Assembly (NCBI RefSeq): GCF_000143415.4
Contig: NW_003314284.1
Coordinates: 1,036,693 to 1,100,692 of the forward strand
DNA from: Selaginella moellendorffii
Lineage: Eukaryota > Plantae > Lycopodiophyta
Length of the DNA stretch: 64,000 bases
Reading direction: 5' to 3'
Shown here: one piece after another, positions 10,573 to 20,570 of the stretch
Layout of the letters: the number at the start of each line of letters is the position of its first letter
Numbering within the stretch: the first letter of the stretch is position 1
The notes under the pieces: generated by a model
The model's input: the letters and a program-made list of their open reading frames with translations, nothing else
Database searches by the model: none
What the model was told of the DNA's origin: nothing
Position numbers and translations under genes: made by a program

Positions 10573-13500
10573 CTCCCCCCCAAACCGAAGCCACTCACCA
10601 AACCAAATCTGTCACGTAGGAGCTGAAACTGGTGTGGCCCCAACGGCTTAGTGAGAAGATCGGCTGGCATATCCTGTGTCCCGAGATGTTGGACGGCGAG
10701 GGTGCCACCGTCAACCAACTCACGCACGTAGTGAAATTGGACTTCAATGTGCTTCGAGCGGGCATGGTGGACGGGGTTCTTGGACATGGCAATGCTGCTT
10801 CGGTTGTCACACCAAGAAGTAGTGGGGCCATCTTGTGCACATCCCAGCTCGGCAAGTAACCCTCGAGCCCAGACCACGTCCCTGCTACCAGTAGTGAGTG
10901 CGATGTACTCCGCTTCTGCACTAGAAAGGGCCACCACAGATTGTCGCTTGGAGGCCCACGTGATGGCACCTCCTGAGAAGGAAAGGCAAATGCCAGAAGT
11001 CGAGCGATGACCTTTGTTGTTGGCAAAACTAGCATCCGTGTAGCATGCTAATGATGCATCACCCCCTGAATAAGCAATGCCATAGTCCATAGTGCCCCGG
11101 AGGTATCTTACGATACGCTTGGCAGCTTGCCAATGTATGGTGGTTGGTGATGTGTTGTACTGACTCAAGGCAATAGTCGCATATGTGATGTCGGGGCGAG
11201 TCATTAGGGCCAAATATGTGAGGCAACCAATGAGATGCCGATAGGGAGTCCCAGTGGGTAGAGGCTCACCAGACTGCTCAACTGTGAGGTCGATAGCGCC
11301 AACGACCATCGGGGTCTTGACGGGGTGGCAATCACGCATACCAAACCGATCCAGCAAGACTTCGACTTTACGGCGTTGGCTAAGCATGTAGCCACCAGAA
11401 TCAGGGTCACGTGTGACTTCAAAGCCAAGAAAGTAAGAGACTCGGCCAAGGTCCTTCATCTGGAATTGCTGGCTGAGGGCATCTTTCAGAGCAGCAATGG
11501 CATCGTTGTCATCACCCATGATGAGCAAATCATCAACGTAGAGGGCCACAATAACCATGCACTCAGCATGACCATTGACATACACATTGTGATCAGCATG
11601 ACAGCGACGAAAGCCTTGAGCACGTAGGGTGGCATCAAATTTTTGATACCAAATACGGGAGCTCTGTTTTAAGCCATACAAAGCTTTCCGCAATTGCCAT
11701 ATAGGGCCACCAGGGGCAACATCGTCCTCAAAACCAGGAGGTATATGCATATAGATGTCCTCTTGCAAATCCCCATTCAGAAATGCAGTTTTGACATCCA
11801 TATGGTGGACTGGCCATTTGCGAGCAGCCGCAAGGGCAAAAAGAGTACGGAGGCTAGCCATTTTTACAACCGGTGAGAATGTTTCATCGTAGTCAAGGCC
11901 ATGGACTTGGCGAAAACCGCGAACAACCAACCGTGCCTTATAACGTACAACCTGGCCATCTTTCCCATACTTTTTGGAGAAAATCCATTTTGGATCCAAA
12001 ACACGTCGTCCCGGTGGCGCTGAATCAACTGGAACATAAGTTCCGTTAGCCCGAATGGAAGAAACTTCTTCCGCAATAGCTTCCATCCAAGATGAAGCCT
12101 CAGGTCCTGAGATGGCCTCATCATAGGTCATGGGGATGCCGATGTCAACAAGGCCACAAAAGTCATCAAGCTCTGCAGCATCTGCTTCAGCATTTTCCCG
12201 GACTTTTAACGAGGGCCGACGTTCCCGGGGGTGATCAAGAACTGGCATCGGATCAGGCATGCCACGACGTCGACAAGGTGGTGGAGGTGTCGGAGGCCTG
12301 TCCTCAACTAGAGGAGCATCAGCTGGTTCAAGCATGTCCAGAAGTGGAGGATTCCCCAATGGAATCTCTGGTGGCAACTCATGAAGAGGATCTTGAGGCG
12401 GAGGCAAGAGTGGACCATCTCCCATAAGTGGGATCAAAGGAACAAGTCGAGTCTCAGCAATAAAAGAAGGATCTTGAAGAGCCTCTGTATGCATGGGAAA
12501 GTCGTCTTCATTGAACATGACATCTGTGCTTACAAGAGCCTTGTGAGATGCGAGATCCCACAACTTGTAAGCTTTTCTCCCGATAGTGTCGTCTTGTGCA
12601 TATCCCACGAAGATGAATTTTTTACTCTTGGGATCTAGCTTTTTCCGAAGTTGATCAGGGGTATGTGCGTATGCTGCACAACCAAAGACCCGAAAGTGGG
12701 ACACATCAGGAGTAGAACCTGTCCAAAATGCCTCAGGGGTTTTTCCATCCAAAGCAGCCGTGGCAAGGCGATTTTGTACATGCATTGCTGTGGCTATGGC
12801 CTCTTGCCAAAACATCTTGTCAAGATGTGCATCGGCTAACAAAGCACGAGCAGCATTGACAAGAGTACGATTCTTTCTTTCTGCAACACCATTTTGCTGG
12901 GGGGTGTAGCGGGCTGTAGCTTGCAGTCGTATGCCTACATCACGACAAATGCCCCGAAGCTCATTGTTGAGGTATTCACCACCACCATCAACTCGAAGAG
13001 CTTTTATCTTTCGACCAAGGAGGTTTTCAACGTATGCCTTGTACGTTTGAAAGGCAGCAACTGCATCACTCTTACGCATCAAGAAGTGGATGCATGTTCG
13101 ACGGCTATAGTCATCAATGAATGTGATGAAATATCTTGCGCCATCGTGACTTGGCACGTCCATGGGGCCGCAAAGATCAGAATGGACTAAGTCCAGAAGT
13201 CCAAGTGCTCGATGCTTACTCGGTGAGAAATTCCGGCGGTGATGCTTGCCTAAAACACAAGCTTCACAAAATGTAGATGGGATACGTCGGAAATCCAATC
13301 CAGTAACAATATCTTGGGATTTCATCCGTTGAAGAGATTGGTAATGAACATGACCGAGTCTTTTATGCCAAAGCTCCGCACGAGAATCTGCCTCCACAGT
13401 CTGAAAGGCCTGAACTGGGTCGACAGCAGTAATCTCATACAAGTCCCCAATGCGTGACCCACGAAGCAACTGTGTACCAAGCATATGAAAGTCGCTAGAG

Positions 13501-14681
13501 TCAACTAAAGAGACTCCCTTTGCATCAAAGACTACCACCGCATTTTGATCACATATCTTGGCGACGGACATTAAGTTTCGTCGTAGGGTGGAAACATGCA
13601 TGGCACCATCAAAAGCCATGGTCCTCCCATGATCGAGTGAGAGCCGGAATTGCCCGATGCCGTCCACAGGGATGGTGGTATTGTCACCTAAATGAACACC
13701 ACGTTTTCCAATGCTCGGCTGATAACACTCAAAAAGACTCTTCTTATTGCTCATAAGATTAGTACAACCAGAGTCTAAGAGCCACCGGCTTGGTGCAGCA
13801 ATTGCCTCTGCGTTGTAGAGCTCCTCAACAGCCTCATTTGCAGTAGCAATTCCATCACGCTCAAGCAAATTAGCTTTCGCCAACGTAGCTAGTCGCTTGA
13901 CAGGCTTGGGAGCAGGGCAATCTCGAGCCCAGTGGCCCATCTCCAAGCAGCGAGCACACTGATTCTTAGCAAGTCTGGGCTTGGCACGCCCAGATGCCAC
14001 GGAATTTTGCCCTTTCTGGGCATTTGCAGCTGCATGCGGTTTTGCCACCTGGGCATCACCAGAAGCCTGCGAAGCATACATAGCCTGTGGCATTTCAGCT
14101 CTCTCGCTTCGCATGGCCTCAATGTTGCGAAGACTCCTCACGGCATCTGCCCAAGTCATCCTTGGTTGGAGAAGCAGGCTCTCAACTGCATTCTTCCAGC
14201 TCGCTGGCAAGGACCTGTAGAGCCGCAGCCTCTGCTGCTCATCCGTGAGACAGTGCTTCGCCCCAGCAGTTGCAAGTTGTGTGAAGAAGCCCTGGAGCTT
14301 GGCAGTGTGAGTCTGGATACTGCCATTTTCCTCTAGCCTCAAGGAATCCATTTGTGAATGGATGTTGAAGACATCCATTTCACTCTTGGTGCCATAAGTG
14401 TCACTCAGCCACTTCCAAAGCTCTGCCGCAGTGGACTTTGGAATTGATGGGGCAGCAAAGAGAACATTTGAGGACAAGCACATCGCAATACTCCCTCTAG
14501 CCTTGGAATCCCGAAGGTTCCAATCACGCACCTCAGCAGTGCTAGAGCCTGGAGCCGGTGATGACTCTGTCCCATCTACAATCCCCAACAAACCATGAAA
14601 CAAGAGATAGGATTCAAGATGGATCTTGAATCCCTCAAACCCTTCTCCATCAAACTCGCGGATGGATGGCTTTCCTTCCAT
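10563..14681 (-). CDS. Copia Gag-Pol polyprotein (1372 aa)
   Basis: Motifs in Copia order: CCHC knuckle CARCLEMGHWARDC; protease WLLDSGC; integrase WHKRLGH..CEAC, HSDLCGP, QNGVAERKNRTL; RT LYVDDLL; RNase H YTDASF..EAEY..CDN..ADLLTK. Confidence 0.98.
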   Translation of the reverse strand: MEGKPSIREFDGEGFEGFKIHLESYLLFHGLLGIVDGTESSPAPGSSTAEVRDWNLRDSKARGSIAMCLSSNVLFAAPSIPKSTAAELWKWLSDTYGTKSEMDVFNIHSQMDSLRLEENGSIQTHTAKLQGFFTQLATAGAKHCLTDEQQRLRLYRSLPASWKNAVESLLLQPRMTWADAVRSLRNIEAMRSERAEMPQAMYASQASGDAQVAKPHAAANAQKGQNSVASGRAKPRLAKNQCARCLEMGHWARDCPAPKPVKRLATLAKANLLERDGIATANEAVEELYNAEAIAAPSRWLLDSGCTNLMSNKKSLFECYQPSIGKRGVHLGDNTTIPVDGIGQFRLSLDHGRTMAFDGAMHVSTLRRNLMSVAKICDQNAVVVFDAKGVSLVDSSDFHMLGTQLLRGSRIGDLYEITAVDPVQAFQTVEADSRAELWHKRLGHVHYQSLQRMKSQDIVTGLDFRRIPSTFCEACVLGKHHRRNFSPSKHRALGLLDLVHSDLCGPMDVPSHDGARYFITFIDDYSRRTCIHFLMRKSDAVAAFQTYKAYVENLLGRKIKALRVDGGGEYLNNELRGICRDVGIRLQATARYTPQQNGVAERKNRTLVNAARALLADAHLDKMFWQEAIATAMHVQNRLATAALDGKTPEAFWTGSTPDVSHFRVFGCAAYAHTPDQLRKKLDPKSKKFIFVGYAQDDTIGRKAYKLWDLASHKALVSTDVMFNEDDFPMHTEALQDPSFIAETRLVPLIPLMGDGPLLPPPQDPLHELPPEIPLGNPPLLDMLEPADAPLVEDRPPTPPPPCRRRGMPDPMPVLDHPRERRPSLKVRENAEADAAELDDFCGLVDIGIPMTYDEAISGPEASSWMEAIAEEVSSIRANGTYVPVDSAPPGRRVLDPKWIFSKKYGKDGQVVRYKARLVVRGFRQVHGLDYDETFSPVVKMASLRTLFALAAARKWPVHHMDVKTAFLNGDLQEDIYMHIPPGFEDDVAPGGPIWQLRKALYGLKQSSRIWYQKFDATLRAQGFRRCHADHNVYVNGHAECMVIVALYVDDLLIMGDDNDAIAALKDALSQQFQMKDLGRVSYFLGFEVTRDPDSGGYMLSQRRKVEVLLDRFGMRDCHPVKTPMVVGAIDLTVEQSGEPLPTGTPYRHLIGCLTYLALMTRPDITYATIALSQYNTSPTTIHWQAAKRIVRYLRGTMDYGIAYSGGDASLACYTDASFANNKGHRSTSGICLSFSGGAITWASKRQSVVALSSAEAEYIALTTGSRDVVWARGLLAELGCAQDGPTTSWCDNRSSIAMSKNPVHHARSKHIEVQFHYVRELVDGGTLAVQHLGTQDMPADLLTKPLGPHQFQLLRDRFGLVSGFGLGGSVT
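10573..10581 (-). other. Polypurine tract
   Basis: GGGGGGGAG immediately before the 3' LTR on the minus strand. Confidence 0.85.
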
Positions 14682-14693
14682 AGCGCTATCCCA

Positions 14694-14705
14694 GCTCCGA
14701 TACCA
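14694..14705 (-). other. Primer binding site (initiator tRNA-Met type)
   Basis: TGGTATCGGAGC directly after the 5' LTR. The canonical site is TGGTATCAGAGC; the difference allows a G-U pair. Confidence 0.9.
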
Positions 14706-14793
14706 TGAGACAAATCGGGATCAAAGCGCACCGCGCTAGCGGACAGAACAGGAAAACCCTAATGGACACGTGGCGAGGGTTTGTCATGTAACA
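14706..14793 (-). repeat. 5' LTR (88 bp)
   Basis: TG...CA repeat flanked by the TSD and PBS. Confidence 0.97.
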
Positions 14794-15012
14794 AGAACAT
14801 CCCGGCATTTCCTGTCAAACGCCAGGCTTGCCCTCGCTCGTCTTGGGTGATGAGTATAGCTGCGCGATGCGAGCTCCGATCGCAGCTCGGGCAAAGTCGT
14901 GGCAGGAGACGATGACGCGGCGCAGGCTGTCCACGCACCGATTCGCCGTCGACGAATTTTGACACCATGTTATCCAGATGGTGATGAAGCCACAAACAAG
15001 TTTTCTGATCCT

Positions 15013-16330
15013 CTAAGGATCGATCAAGACGACGTTGAGCTCCGGGAACTTGTCTCTGATGGCAGCCTTGATCCCCAGGCTCAGCGGCACCGGGCCTTTG
15101 TATTTTATTTGACACTCTCCCTTGGCAGGATCAACAGTGGCGAGCTGTACCACACCACCGTAGCCTTCGATGGCGCTTCTCAGCATGTCAATCTGTCCAT
15201 TCAAGGCCTACGAGCAAGGAACAGAGAAATGAGATCCATCGCGCGAAGAAAAACGAGGTGGCTTACTTCAAATGTCAAAGTTACACTTGGCCTGTTGATG
15301 TCGACCACTTCTTTCACAGCGTCGCCGAATTTCTCCCGGAGGACTCGCTCGATTCCCATTTTCATGGTGGACGTGGAGCTGGGACAAGTCCCGCAAGCCC
15401 CTGGAAGACGAAACCAAGCACGATCAGCCAGGAGAAAACAGCCAGGAACAAACGTTGGAGTTCCAGCGAGACGGTTCCATCAGCGACCGAGACGACGGCC
15501 ACATTTCCACCATCAGCTACCAGGTATGGCCGCACCTCGTCCAGCACCTTGTCAACGTTCTCCGCGGTGAAATCATACGTCTCGGCGGAGTACAAGCCAC
15601 TGCCCGCGGTGCTGCTCGTGTTGCTCGACTCAAACGGGCTCACCACCTCGCGCGAAGAAGTTGAAGAAGAAGCGTTCGAAGACGAAGAACCAGCGGAGGA
15701 GCCAACAGTTTCCATGGTCTGGCCATCGATCACACTGCTCCAGTTATCGCCCTCCACGGCCTGCAAGATCTTGAGGCGCCACAGCTTGGCATCCTCATCC
15801 TCGCCATCGACGTCGTCGTGCAAGTTCTCGCCCATGGCCTTGCGCAGCTTGAGCTTCTTCTCCTCGTACTCCCTCCGCTCGCTCTCGGGGACTTGGCCTT
15901 GGCGCTGCTCGTCTCCACCACCTTTGCGGAAGAAGACCAGAGGCTCTGTTCTTCCGGGGAGTTCCCCGGTGGCACGGCCTCGAGCTCTCGGATCCAGCGC
16001 TGCTTCTCTTCCTCCAGCCTCGACTTGGTGACGAGCGAGCCAAAGAGCTTCACCCTCACAAACGCGCAGCGCTCCTCGCCGGCGTGGGTTCTGTGCGTCT
16101 TGAGCGACAGGACGACGTAATAAAAGGAAAAGTATAAACCCTAAAACTACGGCTATAAGAGCCCGTCGAGGATGAGAGAAGACGTTCCTGACTATCCGGT
16201 CGAAGGCACTTCGCGCTTGATCCAGCTCGCCGCATTTACCATACATCTGGACGAGCAAATTCCCGAGAAACGTATCACCGTCGTAGCCGCGAGACTTGAG
16301 GAGGAACTGGACAAAGCTCTCCGCAAGCAT
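15013..16330 (-). CDS. Chimeric PPR-fragment / hydrophobic segment / NFU reading frame (possibly pseudogene)
   Basis: Predicted exons 16330-15454, 15400-15267 and 15207-15013 give 401 aa without a stop and retain CGTC. Confidence 0.45.
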
Positions 16331-17354
16331 TAGGTAAGGTTATTTTGTGATTTATATATTCTTTCTTTCTCTTGACACGATCGGAGACTTATATTTTGAA
16401 AGTAAGTAGTCCAGAGGAAAACCTGCAAGCTCTCAGCCAGGCAAGAAACCTTTCAAACTTTCATTTAAGAGGAACGCTTTGAAAGAGCTAACTTCGCAAT
16501 TCTAGCGAATCTCACGACGAATACGGTTGCCAACGATGAATAGAGTTTATCTCGCTAGCTCTCTCAGCTGCTCTCGTCGCGACCATGGCCACAACGAAGG
16601 GTTCGTGGACAGCGGGTAGAGGCAAAGCTTACTTGCAGTAATCGGCGGCCAGCTTGGGCTTAGTCATACAGGACGAGATGAGCGATGTGCGTGGTGGTGG
16701 TGATAAGAAGTCCAAACTCGATCACGGCAGGAGGTCGCTCGTCTTGGAGGCTGGATCGAACTTCAGATCCATCTTTCCTCGTAAGAGTTGCCAGTTCTCT
16801 GTCTGCGCAGAGACTGAAACAAGTAAAGTTGAACGCAAGTACAGCCATTATAAGTTAAGCTTGACTCGGTGATCATATGCGGTTCACTTGTCGGTGCAGA
16901 TCAAAGCAAGCTCACACTTTTTTCCTTTTTGTATTTGCTTGGAGATGTTTGAGGAGTACCATGTACACCTCGGCTCTTTTGGCAAACCGATATTGAGGGA
17001 GTCTATGTCGCTGACGGCAATGGCAACGCGGAGGGAGCCCGTGGAGAATCATCGCAGCAAGTAGCCTGGCAAGTGGCGTTGTATAGTTGATCGATTGGTG
17101 AAGTCGGACTGGGGAAATAGCAAGTACGATTCGATTCAAACAACAACAGTAGCCTCCCAAAATCTGTTGATCCCGTGCATTGACGTTCAAACGGATGAAA
17201 TGGCTTTTTCTCCAGTCAAGGCAGATCAGTTAGCACATAAAAAGTATTTCGAGTATCTTTTAAGCAAGAAAGTTTAAATATATTTCATTCTTCTACATAT
17301 TTCTTGCAGAAAAAACAAGGAATTCATCCCACAAAACAAACAAGTTTGTTAATT

Positions 17355-18317
17355 TTACAACACTTCTATGATTTTCTTTATGAATTCCTTGGCTAAGAGC
17401 GTATACGTGTGTTCAGTTGGGTGTATTATATCCCAAAAGACGTAATCGCTTGGATTCTTGCACAGCCCACTCAGTGTATTCTTTTGTGAAAGGCAATTGG
17501 GACAACAACCCCCGGCATGCTTAAATCCAAACCTCTTTGGGTTCTCCACGTACGATTTAATCAAAGAGTAGCCATCCACAAATGTTCCTTTCATCCCTGG
17601 AAATCTCTTTGCCACCCCTAAAACAATCTCCCGAGCTTGCACATTGAATTCTTCCACCAGATTGTTAATCTCGCTCACACATTTTCCTCCAGAGGTCACA
17701 ATAGGTGAACACCCTAGTGCCCCCACACTTGAGTAGACGATCTTTCGAAATCCATACTTGTATAGCTGTTCCAATCCTTTCTCTAATGACATTAACATTG
17801 CTTTCAAGTCAATATCAGCAATGTTTTGAAGATTTGCCGCAATATCATTCCCAGCAGAAGATATCACAACCACAAAATCATTGAGATTGAGATTTTTCTT
17901 GGAGAGCTGCGCGAGCTGCTTTAGCTGCTCGTTAAACGACACAACGCCCCAGTCCGAGTGAGTAGAGTCGAGTAAGCCACTGCCGTCTGACGCAAAATTA
18001 ATGCTTGGTGGAAGTTGACTCCCAGCTTTCAAGCCCAGGAATGGTCTTGAAAAGGGCAAACCTATCGCCTTGTTTATCAGATCTGGAATTATAAACCCAT
18101 CGCTACACCTCCCGGATGGCTTGCTAAACCTCGTCTCCCCATATGGCACAAAATCACAGCGCGAAACTGAATTCTTCACGTATTTGTTTGTGCCCACGTC
18201 GAAGATTGAATCACCCATGTAGATAGTCCCGAGTTGAGGAACTGACCTCCCATACACGCACACGCAGAGAGCCAAGATCACAACCACGAACACTAAGATC
18301 CTCGACCACTTCGTCAT
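17355..18317 (-). CDS. Intronless GDSL/SGNH esterase-lipase, copy 3 (apparently intact)
   Basis: ATG start, signal-peptide-like N-terminus, all SGNH blocks, 320 aa. Confidence 0.92.
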   Translation of the reverse strand: MTKWSRILVFVVVILALCVCVYGRSVPQLGTIYMGDSIFDVGTNKYVKNSVSRCDFVPYGETRFSKPSGRCSDGFIIPDLINKAIGLPFSRPFLGLKAGSQLPPSINFASDGSGLLDSTHSDWGVVSFNEQLKQLAQLSKKNLNLNDFVVVISSAGNDIAANLQNIADIDLKAMLMSLEKGLEQLYKYGFRKIVYSSVGALGCSPIVTSGGKCVSEINNLVEEFNVQAREIVLGVAKRFPGMKGTFVDGYSLIKSYVENPKRFGFKHAGGCCPNCLSQKNTLSGLCKNPSDYVFWDIIHPTEHTYTLLAKEFIKKIIEVL

Positions 18318-18701
18318 CTCGCCAAAACCTTAATATGGCAAAACCTAATGCACAAGCTAATTTTTATAGAGTTAGGGAAAAGGAAAAGGTTACTTCACCT
18401 AATAAAAGTACCTTTAAATACTTAATGCAAACTAAAATTTTAGCTAGCGAGATAAACTCTATTCATTGCTGGCGACTGTATCTGTCGTGAGATTCGCTAG
18501 AATTGCGAAGTTAGCTCTTTCAAAGCGTTTCTCTTAAATGAAAGTTTGAAACGTTTCTTGCCTGGCTGAGAGCTTGCAGTTTTTCCTCTGGACTCCTTAC
18601 TTTCAAAATATAAGTCTCCGATCGTGTCAAGAGAAAGAAAGAATCTATAAATCACAAAATAACCTTACCTAATGCTTGCGAAGAGCTTTGTGATGGAATG
18701 A

Positions 18702-18975
18702 ATGGACGCTGTCTGGAGTTCCAGCTCTTCTCCGCGGCTCGCCAGCGATGTAGCAGTAGTGGGTTCTAGTCCAAGTTTGCGCTGCAGCAGCGACACCACC
18801 AAATGCTACGCCGAGGCGTTGCGAAGATGCGGGAGCAGCCAGAACCTCTGGGAAGGCAAGAGGCTCCACTTCCTCCTCAAGTCCAGATGTATGGTAAATG
18901 CGGCGAGCTGGATCAAGCGCGAAGTGCCTTCGACCAGATAGTCACCAGGAACGTCTTCTCTTGGACAATCCTCAC
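18702..18975 (+). pseudogene. PPR 5' fragment, copy with internal deletion
   Basis: Direct copy of 4539-4862, with a deletion between two GTCC motifs. Confidence 0.8.
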
Positions 18976-19391
18976 TTCTAGAACGGGCTCTTATAGCCGC
19001 GATCGCTTCGTAGTTTTAGGGTTTATACTTTCCCTTTTATTACCAATTTTGAATATGAACTTTCATCTAATTTCAAGCTACTGACGGCTAGTTCTCTTGA
19101 AGAGCAAGAAGAGCAACAGAACATCGCTTCCTGTTCATCTTCCAGTGGGAGCAGCTCTAAACTTTTATGTTGTAGGAACAATAAAACACGCAGAGGACTC
19201 TTGGAAACACCAGTTCAACCTATCAAGTACATGAAAACATTAGGAACGACGGACACTGAAGACTATAGATGTAACTGCGAGCAATATGCCACGTAGGCAT
19301 AATCACTTGTTACATCATCCTATCCTCTCAACAGTACATCCAGAGTACGGAAAACGTCTATATTGCAAGAACGAGGAACGCTCCAAAAAGC

Positions 19392-20190
19392 GTGGAAGGT
19401 AAGGACGGTTGTTTGAGGTCGTTTACGAGCAGGGAGTACATGCTACAACATTTCAGAGATAGTCACGGCCAATGTTCTGGCTCAACCAAGGCTCCCTCGG
19501 CCCCAACTCCTACTCCGAAAGTCCTGGCCTGCAGTGACTGTGGAGCGAAGTTCCGGGATCACCAGCAGCTCCATCAACACCAGCGCTCGCCAGCAACGCA
19601 TATGAAGGTTGACGCCCACGGGACGGGGGAAACCACTTCTCATGCTTCATGTGCAGCGCGAAGTTCGACTCCCCGCAGTACCTGGACCAGCACTTCCTGG
19701 TAAAGCACGCAGGTAACCACTCCTCTGGCCAGTTTCCAGAAGCTCTCTCGTTATTTACCCGTGTTTTTTCAGTGGAGAGCATGCGCAAGGACGACCCGGA
19801 ACGAGGAAGAGTCATCGCATACTTCCATGCGAAATGGAACCATCCAAGCAGCGAAGCGTCCGTCATTGACATCCTCCGCGTGTACAATCCGGTCACGGGG
19901 TGAAGCGGTTCGCGGACTACAGAGAAAAGCTGATGGCCAGAGAGGCAGCAGGGACGGAAAGAATGGAAACGAGGTCCTACGCTTCCACCGCACGACGGTC
20001 TTGTGCGGGCTCGGGACGCCGCAGCAGCAGCCACTGTGCAGCAATCTCTCGTGCAGCCTCTGAAACATAATCCTGGCCGGATTCAAGAAGAAGAAAGCAA
20101 AGGTGGATGGATTCCTCCGGTTTGGGCCGGGGATCTATGTGACAGCAACCAGCAGCAAGGCAAACTACCATGTCAGGACAGGCCGAGTTG
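19392..20190 (+). pseudogene. ZnF-ART copy 3 (most complete finger array)
   Basis: GCLRSFTSREYMLQHFRDSH, CSDCGAKFRDHQQLHQHQRSPATH and CFMCSAKFDSPQYLDQHFLVKH, then the ART domain with frameshifts, a TGA and a 3' deletion. Confidence 0.75.
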
Positions 20191-20253
20191 GTTGGTCGTT
20201 CTGTGATATCGTGTACTCTCAGCCTGCTCTCGTGGCGACCATGGCCACAACGG

Positions 20254-20374
20254 CTTTTTTTGTTCTTCATCTACACAATCCAGCGTTCTCATCAGCTTTG
20301 CAGTCATGAAGAACAGTAGCGAGTTTGAGAAGCTGATGAGAACGCTGGATTGTGTACATGAAGAACAAAAAAAG
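20254..20374. repeat. Near-perfect inverted repeat (45-bp arms, 31-nt loop)
   Basis: 20254-20298 pairs with 20330-20374 with one mismatch. Confidence 0.92.
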
Positions 20375-20570
20375 AGTGTTAAAGTTTCGAAAATAAAAAG
20401 TAACATCGTGATAATGTCATTATCCGTTAGGCTTTTGTTTAAACCAACAGGCCCAAAACCTAAGAAAATCGGGGAGAGAGACAGCTAGGGTTCTTACTGA
20501 GCTATACAGTTTCTTGATCAAAACATCTTCTACAAATCAGATTACCAGGCAAAACGGAACGTTAACTCTT

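Larger units (their letters stand above)
10485..14793 (-). mobile_element. Intact Ty1/Copia LTR retrotransposon, 4309 bp
   Basis: 88-bp TG...CA LTRs (87/88 identical), AGAAC target-site duplication (10480-10484, 14794-14798), PBS, PPT and a single gag-pol ORF. Confidence 0.98.
6127..16118. repeat. Direct segmental duplication of ~22763-28396, interrupted by the Copia element
   Basis: Colinear near-identity from the promoter module through ZnF-ART, orphan genes and the 3' part of NFU. Homology ends at GACGACGT (16118/28396). Confidence 0.92.

Noticed and set aside
10595-14598. Many short ORFs overlapping the Copia polyprotein
   Set aside because: Alternative-frame or antisense shadows with no motifs.
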